From positions 276,830,001 to 276,894,000 of the forward strand of contig OZ024743.1 in NCBI GenBank assembly GCA_964016885.1: 64,000 nt of DNA, in the 5' to 3' direction. The notes under the pieces are model-generated. The model saw nothing but the letters and a program-made list of their open reading frames with translations, made no database searches and was not told the DNA's origin. The translations under genes and the position numbers were made by a program. This stretch comes from Eledone cirrhosa. Lineage: Eukaryota. Shown here one piece after another: positions 15,222-27,445 of this stretch; position 1 is the stretch's first letter; every line of letters starts with the position of its first letter.

Positions 15222-15260
15222 GTAATTTATGCTCGGAGGAAACTTTACAAATGCTGTTTT
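15139..15260. repeat. Inverted repeat (about 44-bp arms) around a (TA)n tract
   Basis: AAAACAGCATTTGTAAAGTTTCCTCCGAGCATAAATTACACGGA, then (TA)n, then the exact reverse complement. Confidence 0.9.
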
Positions 15261-16430
15261 CGACAGACCAACTCCTAAACAAGAAAGATGAACTGGTTAC
15301 TGCATGTAAACACCGATTACGTAGGACTTACCTCGCCCTCAAACCCCATAATGACCCGGGGGGGGGGGGGGGTAGTAGACTAGGGCTATAACACCCCACT
15401 TGCTTATTTTGTAATGGGTAACCCCTGCTTGCCAATGGAGACGTAAGATCTTCTTTTACATTCTTTTATCGCTTCCTCTATATTTCCTTCTTCCCCCCAT
15501 CCCTCCCTAGTCCTTCTACCCCAGTTCCTTTTCTTTGTCGTCGTCTTTTTCTCGCCCACCCGAGGTAGCCCCTCGGTCCCTTGTAGCTTCAACACCCCCA
15601 CCCCCTTCCCCTATTCTATGATAGATTTGGCTGACTCCGCTTTTAATAGCAGAGGTGTTAGACTTCGGATACTTGTCCCCTTCTCCGACCGCTGTCCCTT
15701 TTTTCCGTGCCTTCTATATTTCTTAGTGGCATCTTTGCTTAAATTTCTCGTTTATCCAGTATTTCTTTCTTCTTTTTCCCTTTTTTTGGGGGGGGGGGGT
15801 GTTCTGTATTAATTTTCCGTTCTTTACTTTTACTTCGTACGATCTTTCATGTAGCGTGTATAAGACTTTTCGTTTCGTGGTGGTACCCTTAGAGTTAGCA
15901 CTAGTATTTTTTTGCGGGACCCTAAATTATATTCTCGTACTAGTTTACTTTCTTGCACTCGGTGGTTGCTGGCCCTGTGATTCGGGTAGAAACCTTTATT
16001 ATTTCATGGCAGTCTCTTTAGTATTTTATTCTTCATTATATATATTTTTAAATTTATTTATCTATTCTTTTATTCACGTATTTGTTTATTTATTTATTTA
16101 TGTATTTCTTTAGCCTAGCAATAGCGAGAGACTTAAGTCTTAGTAACCAGACTTTGCTTATTTTTTTTCTCTCTCAGTACTGTTTATAGTTTTACCCTTC
16201 ATTGTTCTACTTACCGTTTCGAATCCCCCCCTCCCCAGTATCCATTTGACCTCACGCCCAGCTGTAGCCGGCACTACCAACGCATGAATGGGTCAACTCC
16301 ACCCCTCTCCCTTTTCCTCCTACCGGCCGGTTTAGCTACCCCTTCCCCCACCAACTTGCCATCACCGATTTACTACTAACTTGTGATGTGACCAATCCTG
16401 GTGATTGTCTCTTTGACCATATATGGAATT

Positions 16431-16524
16431 ACCCCTTGATAAGCTCGGCTATTTAAATACCAGAATAAATTTTCAGTCAGTCCAGAATTAGCCGTCGAAA
16501 CGGCTTGAGCTCAGCCGTCGGGGT
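16431..16524 (+). ncRNA. Type I hammerhead ribozyme, U3-A8 variant, GUC site
   Basis: ACCCC-TTGATAA-stem II (CGGCTA...TAGCCG)-GAAA-stem III ACGGCT(TGAGCTC)AGCCGT-C17 at 16519-GGGGT. Confidence 0.8.
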
Positions 16525-16615
16525 CTTACTTGTTCCTATTACCCACTCTACTACCCTAAGTATTGAGTACTTTGGTGCGTTATGGTCCACCTGGTTCCTT
16601 ACCATATTTCCTTCG

Positions 16616-16620
<5 letters not shown>
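16431..16620 (+). mobile_element. Hammerhead-bearing terminal repeat family H1 (probable PLE pseudo-LTR)
   Basis: The 3' segment CCCACTCTACTACCCTAAGTATTGAGTACTTTGGTGCGTTATGGTCC...TTA(TA)n recurs at 25085-25172 (+) and 57435-57528 (-). The element may extend upstream to about 15400. Confidence 0.7.
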
Positions 16621-16657
<37 letters not shown>

Positions 16658-16719
16658 CGGTGATGAATTTGTTTTGCGAGGTTTTTGATATGAAATCGAT
16701 TGTCGAAACAAATATTGCC

Positions 16720-17055
16720 ATACTTAGGGAGGGTAATATTGTAATAATATTGCCAGAAATAACAACAGAACATTAAAAATAGCGTAGATACACAATACAA
16801 CAGGAGAAACATAATAGTACCACTGATGATGTTGCAGATGTGCAACGAAAGAACTTTGTGAGACTATATATGTGTTTATATCTATATTATATCTATATTT
16901 TTGACCTTTGGTCAGTCAATGGTAGACATTGAGAACCGAATTAATTAACCGTGGAGATATAAAAGATACAGAAGTGAACACCAACCAAACAGTGAGTGTG
17001 TTCCGTTATTATTTCTAGCAATATTATTACAACAATATGACCCTCCCCAAGTATA
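16720..17055. repeat. Diverged inverted repeat (about 55-bp arms) enclosing a hammerhead-like motif
   Basis: Arm TACTTAGGGAGGGTAATATTGTAATAATATTGCCAGAAATAAC...GAACA versus TGTTCCGTTATTATTTCTAGCAATATTATTACAAC...CCCTCCCCAAGTA. (TA)n tracts flank the island. Confidence 0.75.
16821..16859 (+). ncRNA. Degenerate minimal hammerhead
   Basis: CTGATGA-T-GTTGCA(GATG)TGCAAC-GAAA-GAAC-TT. Core and 6-bp stem II are intact, but stem I has only about 2 bp. Confidence 0.45.
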
Positions 17056-17118
17056 ACAATATATATATATATATACATATATATACATATATATATATAC
17101 ATATACATATATATATAC

Positions 17119-17254
<136 letters not shown>

Positions 17255-17560
17255 CTGTGTGTGTGTACACATAAATATGTACCAGTTTCGTCTGTATTTA
17301 CTCTTTCTTCACAAGAAAATCTACAATTCTCGAGATAGAAAGATAAAAGAAAAGATACAAAATAAATTGACAAATTAAAATACTTTAAATATCGTAAGAA
17401 ATAAAAAGCAAACAAGAAACAAGAAAAACATAAATAATAGTTTAAAAGAACCTAATTTTAGAAAACCTATATGCGTGTGTTTGGGTATATGTATGTATGT
17501 ATCTATGTTTGTGTGTGTAATATATATATACACACACTCACACACACACACACATATATG

Positions 17561-17741
<181 letters not shown>

Positions 17742-17911
17742 CATACATATATATTACTCGTACATGCATGCAACGTATTAATCTCACGTTTCAAATTATA
17801 AATACAGAAAACAACTTCTCAGAATCTCCTTTAAATTTCTTTCATCTTAAATATATATAAAAGATATATTTATAATATTTCATTGTTACTGATGATTAAT
17901 ATTATATATAT

Positions 17912-18003
<92 letters not shown>

Positions 18004-18361
18004 AGAAAGATTTCTGTTTCTTTATTCTTCATGTTTTAGCATTATCTTTGTTTTGTATTGCATTGCATTGTACTTCTCGCTGTTAAAGTTTTTTTTCGCC
18101 GAAATACGCCATTTTGTTTTTATGAAACTTTAGTCCGAATTTCCTTTCTCTTGATATTTTTCTTTGTTTTTGTTGTTGTTGTTTTTGTTCTTCTCATAAT
18201 GAATTCATCTTGAGATTGTTATATACTGTTATTCTGTTGTTCTATTTGTCGTTCTTACATAACATAGGCATCGTTGTTTTTTAAATTCTTTTGTCGTTGT
18301 CTTTCTGTGCGATTGTAGCCATTCTGCTGCCGCTGTTGTTGCTGTTGTTGTTTTTGTTGTT

Positions 18362-18406
<45 letters not shown>

Positions 18407-18407
18407 C

Positions 18408-18438
<31 letters not shown>

Positions 18439-18516
18439 TGTTGTTGTTGTCATTCTTATAGTATTGATGCTGTTTCAAAATGATGTTTTTCTTGAGTTGT
18501 GTGATTGTACCGATTC

Positions 18517-18552
<36 letters not shown>

Positions 18553-19565
18553 CATCGTTCATATATTATTGGTAGTATTTTTAAAAAATGATTGTACTCA
18601 ATTTGTTGTCGATGTTATCATTATTGAGAACTCTTTCTCTGTTGTTGTTGCTGCTATTGTTGTTGTTGTCGTAGTCGTTTTTATAAGTATTTGCGTTGAT
18701 TTTTAAGGCTGTGTGATTATAGTCATTTTGTTGTTTCAGTTGTTGTTGTTTTGATATTAAATTGGCATCGTTTTTGAACCCTTTAGTTGCTGTTTCTGTT
18801 GTTGTTGATGGTATTGATGTTGTTATCGTTGTTATTCTGATATAGAATTAGTACCGTTTTTTACTCTTTAGTTGTTAGTGTAGTTTATTAACAAATACAT
18901 TCCAGCCATCACTAACCCGCCATTTTTCACAAATAATAAATTATCCAATATATCATTCATGGTTTAAAACAGCAGGATCGATTCTACAAAGATATGGTTG
19001 TTACTTTTAGTAGATCGATTAGTAAGGTAACTTTCAATCATTCATCCTTTCTTTTATTTTGCTTTCTCTCTCACTTCCCTTCTGAAGCAGTCTAACCCAC
19101 AAGTATTGCCCGGCTTTCTATACAAACAAACTTTTCAGTTTCATTCTCTACAATGCTTCAAGTAAACTATCACACCTTATGTACTATATGTTTGTACACA
19201 ATAAACATATTGACAGCCTCACCATCAAAGAATATTCTATTTTTCGTAACAAAAACAGAATTATTTTTTTCTGTGAACGCGTCACAGAATGTCAGCAGCA
19301 GTTGAAAATGTCAGACAGTACTGTTTCAAGGTTCGTTAATCTATCATCAGTGACATTCACTCAACTGGTACTGACATGGAAATAGACTAGAGTCTATAGA
19401 GAGTTTTTGTGATGGACATTTGCTGGAGATGCTCATTTGAAATAGAAATCATCGGTGTGAAACAGTCATTTGCCTATTATGCTTAAACGATGTGTTAGCT
19501 TTACTGCCAGTTGATTATAGTCAGTCAAGATCAAACAGTATGCAAATGAGCATTTCCAGCCGATG

Positions 19566-19624
<59 letters not shown>

Positions 19625-19627
<3 letters not shown>

Positions 19628-19735
19628 TAATAGAGATTTAAAGTTTAAGCAAAGAATTTCTGCTTTCACCCTTAGAGGGATTATCTGCTAAGGGTGTAAG
19701 CAGAAATTCTTTGCTTAAAATTTTAATCTGTACTA
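19625..19735. repeat. Fold-back inverted repeat next to (TA)n
   Basis: TTTAAGCAAAGAATTTCTGCTTTCACCCTTAG, a loop of about 12 nt, then CTAAGGGTGTAAGCAGAAATTCTTTGCTTAAA. Confidence 0.85.
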
Positions 19736-19879
19736 ATAATCTATGGGTTTGTATATTCATTATTTTTATAAACAGGATTGACAAGTGCAGCAGGTTGGAA
19801 GTGGTAACACGACTAGCGGGTGTAAAATCAGTCAGCTGGAATTTGTAGACGACACGGTGTTACCTAACTCAATATATTC

Positions 19880-20622
19880 GATACTGAGTGCTGCATGGTT
19901 GCAATGAAAATCATTGCTGCGAAAACTGAGATACTCGTTCTCACAAGGAAGCCTGCGCATGCACACTACATTTGAATGGAGTTCCACTAAAGCAGGTGGA
20001 GAAGTTCAAGTATCTCAGGGCTGTGTTCGTGAGTGATGGCAGGCAGGAGCCTGAATAAAGTGCAAGAATTGCAGCAGTTGGTGCAGTAATGTGCCAGCTT
20101 CAGCATTCGGTAATCAGAAGAAGGGAGGCAGGTGTAAAAGCCAAACTCATTACCTTCAATTCAGTATTCGTGCCAACCCTTACTCATGGTTAGGAATCTC
20201 GGGTAATGACCGAAAGAATACAATCGCGAATGCAAGCGACTGAAATGGGGTTCCTCCAAAGGGTCTTTGGAGTAACGTTACTCAATAGGGTGCGTAGCTC
20301 GGAGATCAGAGAATCACTCCAGGGTGACCCGCTTCTTCTCCGAATTGAGAAATTACAGTTCCGATACTATGCGTATGTGTTTAGAATGTCTTAGTAAAGA
20401 ATCACTGGACAGATTTTACGGGCAAAAACCAACCGACAGGAGACCCAAGGGAAGATCTTGAACAAGAGTGTTGGATAACATTCATGAGCTCGGCTAGTCT
20501 CACTTGGGAATCCAGCCGGATCCTTTCGAGACGGTTGCATCTGACAGGACCTGCTAGAAGGAGTGTTTGAGAACCCTGCCCCCCACAACCCGCTCAGGAA
20601 TAAGTGGGTGAAGAAAAAGAAG
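19880..20622 (+). mobile_element. RTE-clade LINE 3' fragment
   Basis: EKFKYLRAVFVSDG and MTERIQSRMQATEMGFLQRVFGVTLLNRVRSSEIRESLQ. Ends CAGGAATAAGTGGGTGAAGAAAAAGAAG. Confidence 0.85.
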
Positions 20623-20668
20623 GGTTTATATATATTTATATATATATACATACATACACACACGCACG

Positions 20669-20720
<52 letters not shown>

Positions 20721-20766
20721 CACATCCCTCATCGAGTTCTCTCCAGATCTTTGTCTTTTTAATGAT

Positions 20767-20855
<89 letters not shown>

Positions 20856-20961
20856 GTGTGTGTCTGTGTGTGTGTCTGTGTGTCTGTGTGTGTGTGTGTG
20901 TACGCGTGTGTGTATGTATGTACATATAGATATACAATAAGAGAGAGAGAGAGGAGAGAGG

Positions 20962-20992
<31 letters not shown>

Positions 20993-20999
20993 GGAGAGA

Positions 21000-21074
<75 letters not shown>

Positions 21075-21682
21075 AGGGATAGAGAAAAGAGGGGATCGTT
21101 TGTTGTTATTTAGTCACAGATCAGCTCAGATCTAACAGACTTTTACATAAAAAATCCCCCCATACGAACATATCATAGATTACTGAATAACCCAATGTTA
21201 TGTTAGAGAAAATAAGATGGAGCTTGCTCCAGATTTGGCTGCTATTTCTAGTAGATTAAGTGATCATTCAGAAACTTATTTGGTGTTTGTTTAGTACGAG
21301 GTTGCATTTTAAGGTAAGGCAATGCCTGAATATGACACACAACTGACTTTGCCTGAACTTGACACCACAAACAATATAAATTGATATTACTGTGTCAAAA
21401 TATTACATTAAGACAAATTGCAAAGAGTCGTAACGTGAATGTCCCCATTTGGATGTATGTGTTAGAGGAAGATGGCGTGTATTGTGTGTGTATGGCTATG
21501 TATGTGTGTGTGTGTGATTTGTGTGAGTGTGTACCTGTGTTTGATTGCCATGATGTTGTCAATGTATACGATACAATCCTGTGTGTCTGTATATCTGTAT
21601 AGTGTATACATACATACATATAGATACATAAATACATACATACACAAACATACACACACACACACATATACATATCTATATC

Positions 21683-21740
<58 letters not shown>

Positions 21741-22012
21741 AAGCGAGAGAGAGAGAGAGAGAAAGAGAGAGAGATATGCTCGATATGGTTATATATGTAT
21801 ATCCATCCATCCAATAATCTATCTATCTATCTATCTATCTATCTATATTTATCTAACAATCCATGCTTTTCCCCTCTCTATTATAATCATATATATATAA
21901 ATACATACACATACACCCACTCACACCCACACATACACACACATATATATGCATAAATATATATACATACGCACATATATAAACAAACGCTCACACGCAC
22001 GCTCACCCACCC

Positions 22013-22044
<32 letters not shown>

Positions 22045-22440
22045 TAGGTGAGGTGCGTATATGCAATTTTATATAGGCATTTCCGCTAGAAATCCGCAGA
22101 GAGGGTATATAGGAGATGTATATTATTTCAAGTGATATACATTGGTATATATTTCACGTGTCATACCGTGGAAGCTCCTCTGTTCATAGTTTTGAAATTT
22201 GAATTCTTTAATATACATACACGCATATACTCACACACACACACGCACACGCACACATACACACACACACACATACACACACAGACACATATACACATAC
22301 ACAGACACACACGCTGACACACACAGACACACAGACACACAGACACACACACATACACACACAGACATATATACACATACACAGACACACACACAGACAC
22401 ACACAGACACACACACACACAGACACACACACACACACAT

Positions 22441-22502
<62 letters not shown>

Positions 22503-22553
22503 AGACACACACACACACACACACAGACACACACAGACACACACAGACACACA

Positions 22554-22625
<72 letters not shown>

Positions 22626-22626
<1 letters not shown>

Positions 22627-22900
22627 CAATTGGGAGATCACAGCTGCGATACTATGGGCATGTGGTTAGAATATCTTACAAAAGAATCGTTGGAAAAGAT
22701 TTTCCGTGCAAAACCAGCCGACAGGAAACCCAGGGGTAGACCCCAATCAAGATGGTTGGGTAACATCCATGAGCTTCCATGGTCTCGCCTGAGGATCCAG
22801 CCTGAACAGATGGAGGCGGTTGCGTCTGACAAAACCCGCTGGAAGGAGTGTTCCAGGCCTTTCCCCCCACGACCCTCCTAGACATAAGTGGACGAAGAAG

Positions 22901-22901
<1 letters not shown>
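22626..22901 (+). mobile_element. RTE-clade LINE extreme 3' end, same family as 19880
   Basis: GRKPRGRP-like motif (ADRKPRGRPQSRWLGNI) and terminal ATAAGTGGACGAAGAAG. Sits between (TA)n tracts. Confidence 0.8.
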
Positions 22902-22990
<89 letters not shown>

Positions 22991-23122
22991 GTGAGGTTTT
23001 TTTTCAAAATGAAAAACAACCGAGGTGTCCTACACGAGTGAAAGTATAAAGAAAAAGAGATGAAATCGAAAATGCAACTGGAGTCTTATTTTTTTTAAAA
23101 ATATATATATATTTATTTGGTT

Positions 23123-23160
23123 CCTTTACCGGTTTCGCAGTTCTTCTGCTTTTCAAAAGG
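23123..23160 (-). ncRNA. Minimal type I hammerhead, U3-A8 variant
   Basis: Minus strand: CCTT-TTGAAAA-GCAG(AAGAA)CTGC-GAAA-CCGG-TA-AAGG. Stem III is the palindrome ACCGGT; GUA site. Confidence 0.75.
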
Positions 23161-23214
23161 TGAGTTGAGATGGAGGGTCTGTGGTTTTTCTCACATCTGG
23201 TTGGTCTATCTCTA

Positions 23215-23245
<31 letters not shown>

Positions 23246-23270
23246 TTTTATTTTTTTATTTTATAGAAGG

Positions 23271-23321
23271 AGCTTCTACAGGACTAGTACTGTTTCATTC
23301 AGATGAAATCTTCAGGAAGCT
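23271..23321 (-). ncRNA. Type I hammerhead ribozyme
   Basis: Minus strand: AGCTTC-CTGAAGA-T-TTC(ATCT)GAA-T-GAAA-CAG(TACTAGTC)CTG-TA-GAAGCT. 6-bp stem I; GUA site. Confidence 0.75.
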
Positions 23322-23380
23322 CTGCCATGTATTGAGTACCTTACTTACTGTGGTTATCCCCGACTCAACCCGGGACCTAC

Positions 23381-23421
<41 letters not shown>

Positions 23422-23631
23422 ATCAAAAGATGGTTAAATGAGTTCCATGTATTTTATTATGCGCATTTCAAAAACAAATATCATCATGCAATAACATTTG
23501 TGTTTTGATCAGATAAAATAGGAGGACATGATATGAAGGTTAAAAACACTTGTGGATAGTGCAGTTTTAAATCAACATATTCTTATCCGATATCTGCATT
23601 GCTTTATTGTACTACAATAAAACTCACCTCC

Positions 23632-23679
<48 letters not shown>

Positions 23680-24580
23680 CATATTACTATCTTACACTTT
23701 GTTTACAGTAACCACATAGCCCGCTTCGTTTCTTGTAATTTTGTATTTACCGTTATGACCCTCCTCTACCTGTTTTGCTCGATTTGTGGTCCCACTACGC
23801 TTTCATATCGACTCTCTCCTTCTCTCTCTCCCCCTTTTTCTCTGGTTCTCTCCCCCCTCTCTCCCTCTATCCATCTGCTCGTTTTCAACCGTGTTTCACA
23901 CATGTAAAACTCTTTTGGATTATCTCTCTTTCCCTTCTCCCTCTCACTTCCGGTTTCTCCGTCTCTCCCTCTCTCTCTCTACACTCACTTTGCTGAGATC
24001 GCACGGAAAAACATCGCTCCCCAGTTATTTGACCACAAGATTTAAGTCTAAACAGTTCGTTGTAACTTATTCTATTGTTTCCTCGGTTACTCACTTGCAT
24101 GTGCCATTGTTCTGCTTCGCGACTCCATTCGGTTTGTTTACTTCGTTTTTTCCCTCTTTTCTTTTTTCTCTTTCTTCCTCTCTCTTCACTATTTTTTTCT
24201 TTTTTTTCCCTCATAGCTTTTCGATCAATAAAAGGTCTTGGGCGCGCTGCCGATCGATTTCGATGTCCTGTTTTAAGCGCCGAAACATCTATGATCGCAA
24301 TTAACAGCTGATGAAGGGTTTCTTCTCTTCTTTACGTCCATATTACTATATATATATATATAGCTCTGTAAGAGCATAGAGAGCTCAACCGGCATACCGC
24401 CTATGGAAGCATCTTAGCTACCATCAGATACACACATATATATATGTATGTGTATAGCCACACACACACACACATATATATATATGTGTGCGTATGTGTG
24501 TGTGTGTGTGTGTGTCTATACACATACATATATATGTGAGTACACGAGCACATATGCACATATACATATATATATATATA

Positions 24581-24935
24581 GTAAAATATTTCGTATCACC
24601 AAAGAAATACGGTTTTAGGAAGCCGTAGCTATGAAAACACCCGGGGGCTAACGCCCTCTGGTGATGTCTAGCAGAAACAAGGGGGACAACCGTCTATGCA
24701 TTTCAGGCTTAACTGGCCATCGTCAGGACGGGCCCTCCCACCACTTGCGTGTGCTGGACTAGAAGACAGGCGAGAATATATACTTTTCTCGTCTGTGTAA
24801 ATGAGGTGATTAATCTCATTTGCATAACTTGGCTCATCTTATAATAAAAAAAAAACAGAGGGCGTTAGCCCCCCGGTGTTTGCATAGCTACGGCTTCCTA
24901 AAACCGTATTTCTTTGGAGATACGAAATATTTATA
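24581..24935. repeat. Inverted repeat (about 80-bp arms) enclosing a hammerhead
   Basis: 24581-24660 (AAATATTTCGTATCACCAAAG...GCTAACGCCCTCTG) versus 24856-24935, with a few mismatches. Confidence 0.9.
24690..24731 (-). ncRNA. Minimal type I hammerhead
   Basis: Minus strand: CCGTC-CTGACGA-T-GGC(CAGTTAA)GCC-T-GAAA-TGCA-TA-GACGG. Stem III is the palindrome ATGCAT. Confidence 0.8.
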
Positions 24936-24964
24936 CAACACACACACACACACGCATATATATA

Positions 24965-25001
<37 letters not shown>

Positions 25002-25011
25002 GAAAATGTAT

Positions 25012-25170
25012 GACCCCGACGGCAGAGCTCAAGCCGTTTCGACGTCTATTTCTGGACTCAAGTCCAGAAATAGCCGTCGAAACTTTTTCCTATTTCCCAC
25101 TCTACTACCCTAAGTATTGAGTACTCTGGTGCGTTATGGTCCATCTGGTTCCTTACCACAATTCCTTTGT

Positions 25171-25172
<2 letters not shown>
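25012..25172. mobile_element. Family H1 copy with a 5' inversion folded at hammerhead stem II
   Basis: 25012-25058 is the reverse complement of the 3' half of the ribozyme (GAAACGGCTTGAGCTCTGCCGTCGGGGT). The hairpin is centred at 25059-25060 and is followed by the H1 3' end. Confidence 0.75.
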
Positions 25173-25212
<40 letters not shown>

Positions 25213-25603
25213 CAGATGGACGGATGGATTGATAGATAGATAAATAGATAGATAGACAAAGATACACACAAATGGGGATGGATGAATGATATAGATAGAT
25301 AGCGAGAGAGATAGACAAATATATAGATGGAGATAGATAGATGGATAGATAGATAGATAGGTTAGAGAGAGAGAGAGAGATTGGTTGATGGATGGATAGA
25401 TAGATATTTAGTTAGAGAATGGAAAATTAGAAGTGAGGGGAGGAATGGGAGACAGAGATATAGAAATGGATAGTAGGGGGGGGGGATAAAACAGAGAGAG
25501 AGAGAAGATAGGGAGAAAGTGAGAATGAAAGTTAAGTTATCAATCACTAATTCTTGGCTTGAGTTATACTACTGCAGTATTCAATGTATAACCATGCCAA
25601 CAA

Positions 25604-25701
<98 letters not shown>

Positions 25702-25727
25702 GTATATGAATATATACATGGTATATG

Positions 25728-25767
<40 letters not shown>

Positions 25768-26002
25768 ATGTATATATTCATATACATATATATATATACA
25801 CACACATACACACACACATATATATATATATATATGTATGTATTTGTATCTTTAAACATACAAGTACATACACACTCACACACAAACAGACACAGACACA
25901 CAAGTACATATACATGCATATGTACTACGCATTGACGTTCATATTCGTATTCGTATTCATTTATATATTCATACATATCTACATAACTATATACATACAT
26001 GG

Positions 26003-26560
26003 AGGCTGCCAACTCGTTTTCGAGTACGGCCACTACTTTATATCCATGTAGGAGAACCCCTACCGATGTGCTGAACAAGTGTGACTTTTTAGTCCAGCCA
26101 GCGACTTGAAAACTCTGGTACAAACACTACACTTGTGACAATTATTGACACATAGTGCTGGCCCCATGTTACCATGTGACGACAAGTGCAGAGAGATCTC
26201 CAGATATAAAGCAATGCCTGTGCCGTGAAGCTTTTATAGTGAGCAAAGGCACTGCACAAAGCCAGTCCCACTCTCTTAACCAAGATGATATTTACCAAAA
26301 AGAAGAACAAGTCAACATCATTGGATACCATCAGGTTGCAGGTGTTATATCAGAGTTTTCCTTCTCCTAGAAGTCTGCCTTGACAAAGGCTAAGGGGTCA
26401 TCTCTCCCGGTGATTTCGGATGGCCATTGACTTTTGCTCCTTTGCCCTTTGACAGGTTTTGTTTTTAGTCCTGCAGGATGTCCAAAGTCACCCTCCTCAT
26501 CAAGAAACCTTGGTGGGGTTGCTAGTTTAGTCGCCAACGACCCGACCATGGGACAGGTTG
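26003..26560 (-). mobile_element. Internally deleted RTE-like element (5' UTR-like part fused to a C2H2-encoding 3' end)
   Basis: Minus strand encodes HKCSVCTRVFKSLAGLKSH, followed by terminal stem-loop CTCG-AAAA-CGAG. The 5' part (…TAGGAGAAGGAAAACTCTG) resembles RTE 5' ends, from recall only. Confidence 0.55.
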
Positions 26561-26590
26561 TATATACATACACATATATGCATATATGGT

Positions 26591-26912
<322 letters not shown>

Positions 26913-26944
26913 GTATATATATATATATGTTTATATATATCTGA

Positions 26945-27060
26945 AGGCTCATGGCTGAGTGGTTAGGGAATTGGATTCGCAATCGGGAGGTTGTGAATTA
27001 GATTCCTGGACCGGATGACGTGTTATGTCCTTGAGCAAGACACTTTATTTCTCGTTGCTC
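26945..27060 (+). mobile_element. SINE family B (CORE-like) 5' part
   Basis: A box TGGCTGAGTGG, degenerate B box, then GTCCTTGAGCAAGACACTTTATTTC. Confidence 0.7.
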
Positions 27061-27445
27061 TTTCTACCTGGAATTGCGACCGATAGATAGTATTAGCAAT
27101 TGGAAAGACTAATGGAAACATTGTTTCCTCGGTCCGATTTGACTAAAAAGTCGATCGACTGTCGAATATGTATATATATATACACCCACTATAATGTCAA
27201 TGGTGACCGATGAAGATTAAAAAATATGCGATAAAATAGGATAAAAAATAAATAAGTAATAAATCAACTGTAAATATAAATTTATTTAAAATATATCTCA
27301 GTATGATATAAATGTTAAGAAGTTTTAACACCGACATCTGGGTAGACACTGTTGATGACATTTTTTGGGGTTTGTGTTTACACATTGTGTTTATACCGTA
27401 TACTTTTGGACAGAGCTTCATGTAATTGTCCAAGATACATATATA

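Noticed and set aside
17278-17315. Minus-strand GTGAAGA...GAAACTGGTA motif
   Set aside because: C3 is absent and stems I and II do not pair.
24305-24345. CAGCTGATGAAGGG, a possible hammerhead 5' half after a pyrimidine-rich PLE-like UTR
   Set aside because: Truncated by (TA)n before any GAAA or stem III, so it cannot be called.
26080-26145. C2H2 zinc finger as a host gene exon
   Set aside because: A single finger directly before an RTE-like terminal stem-loop is better explained as the end of a retroelement ORF.
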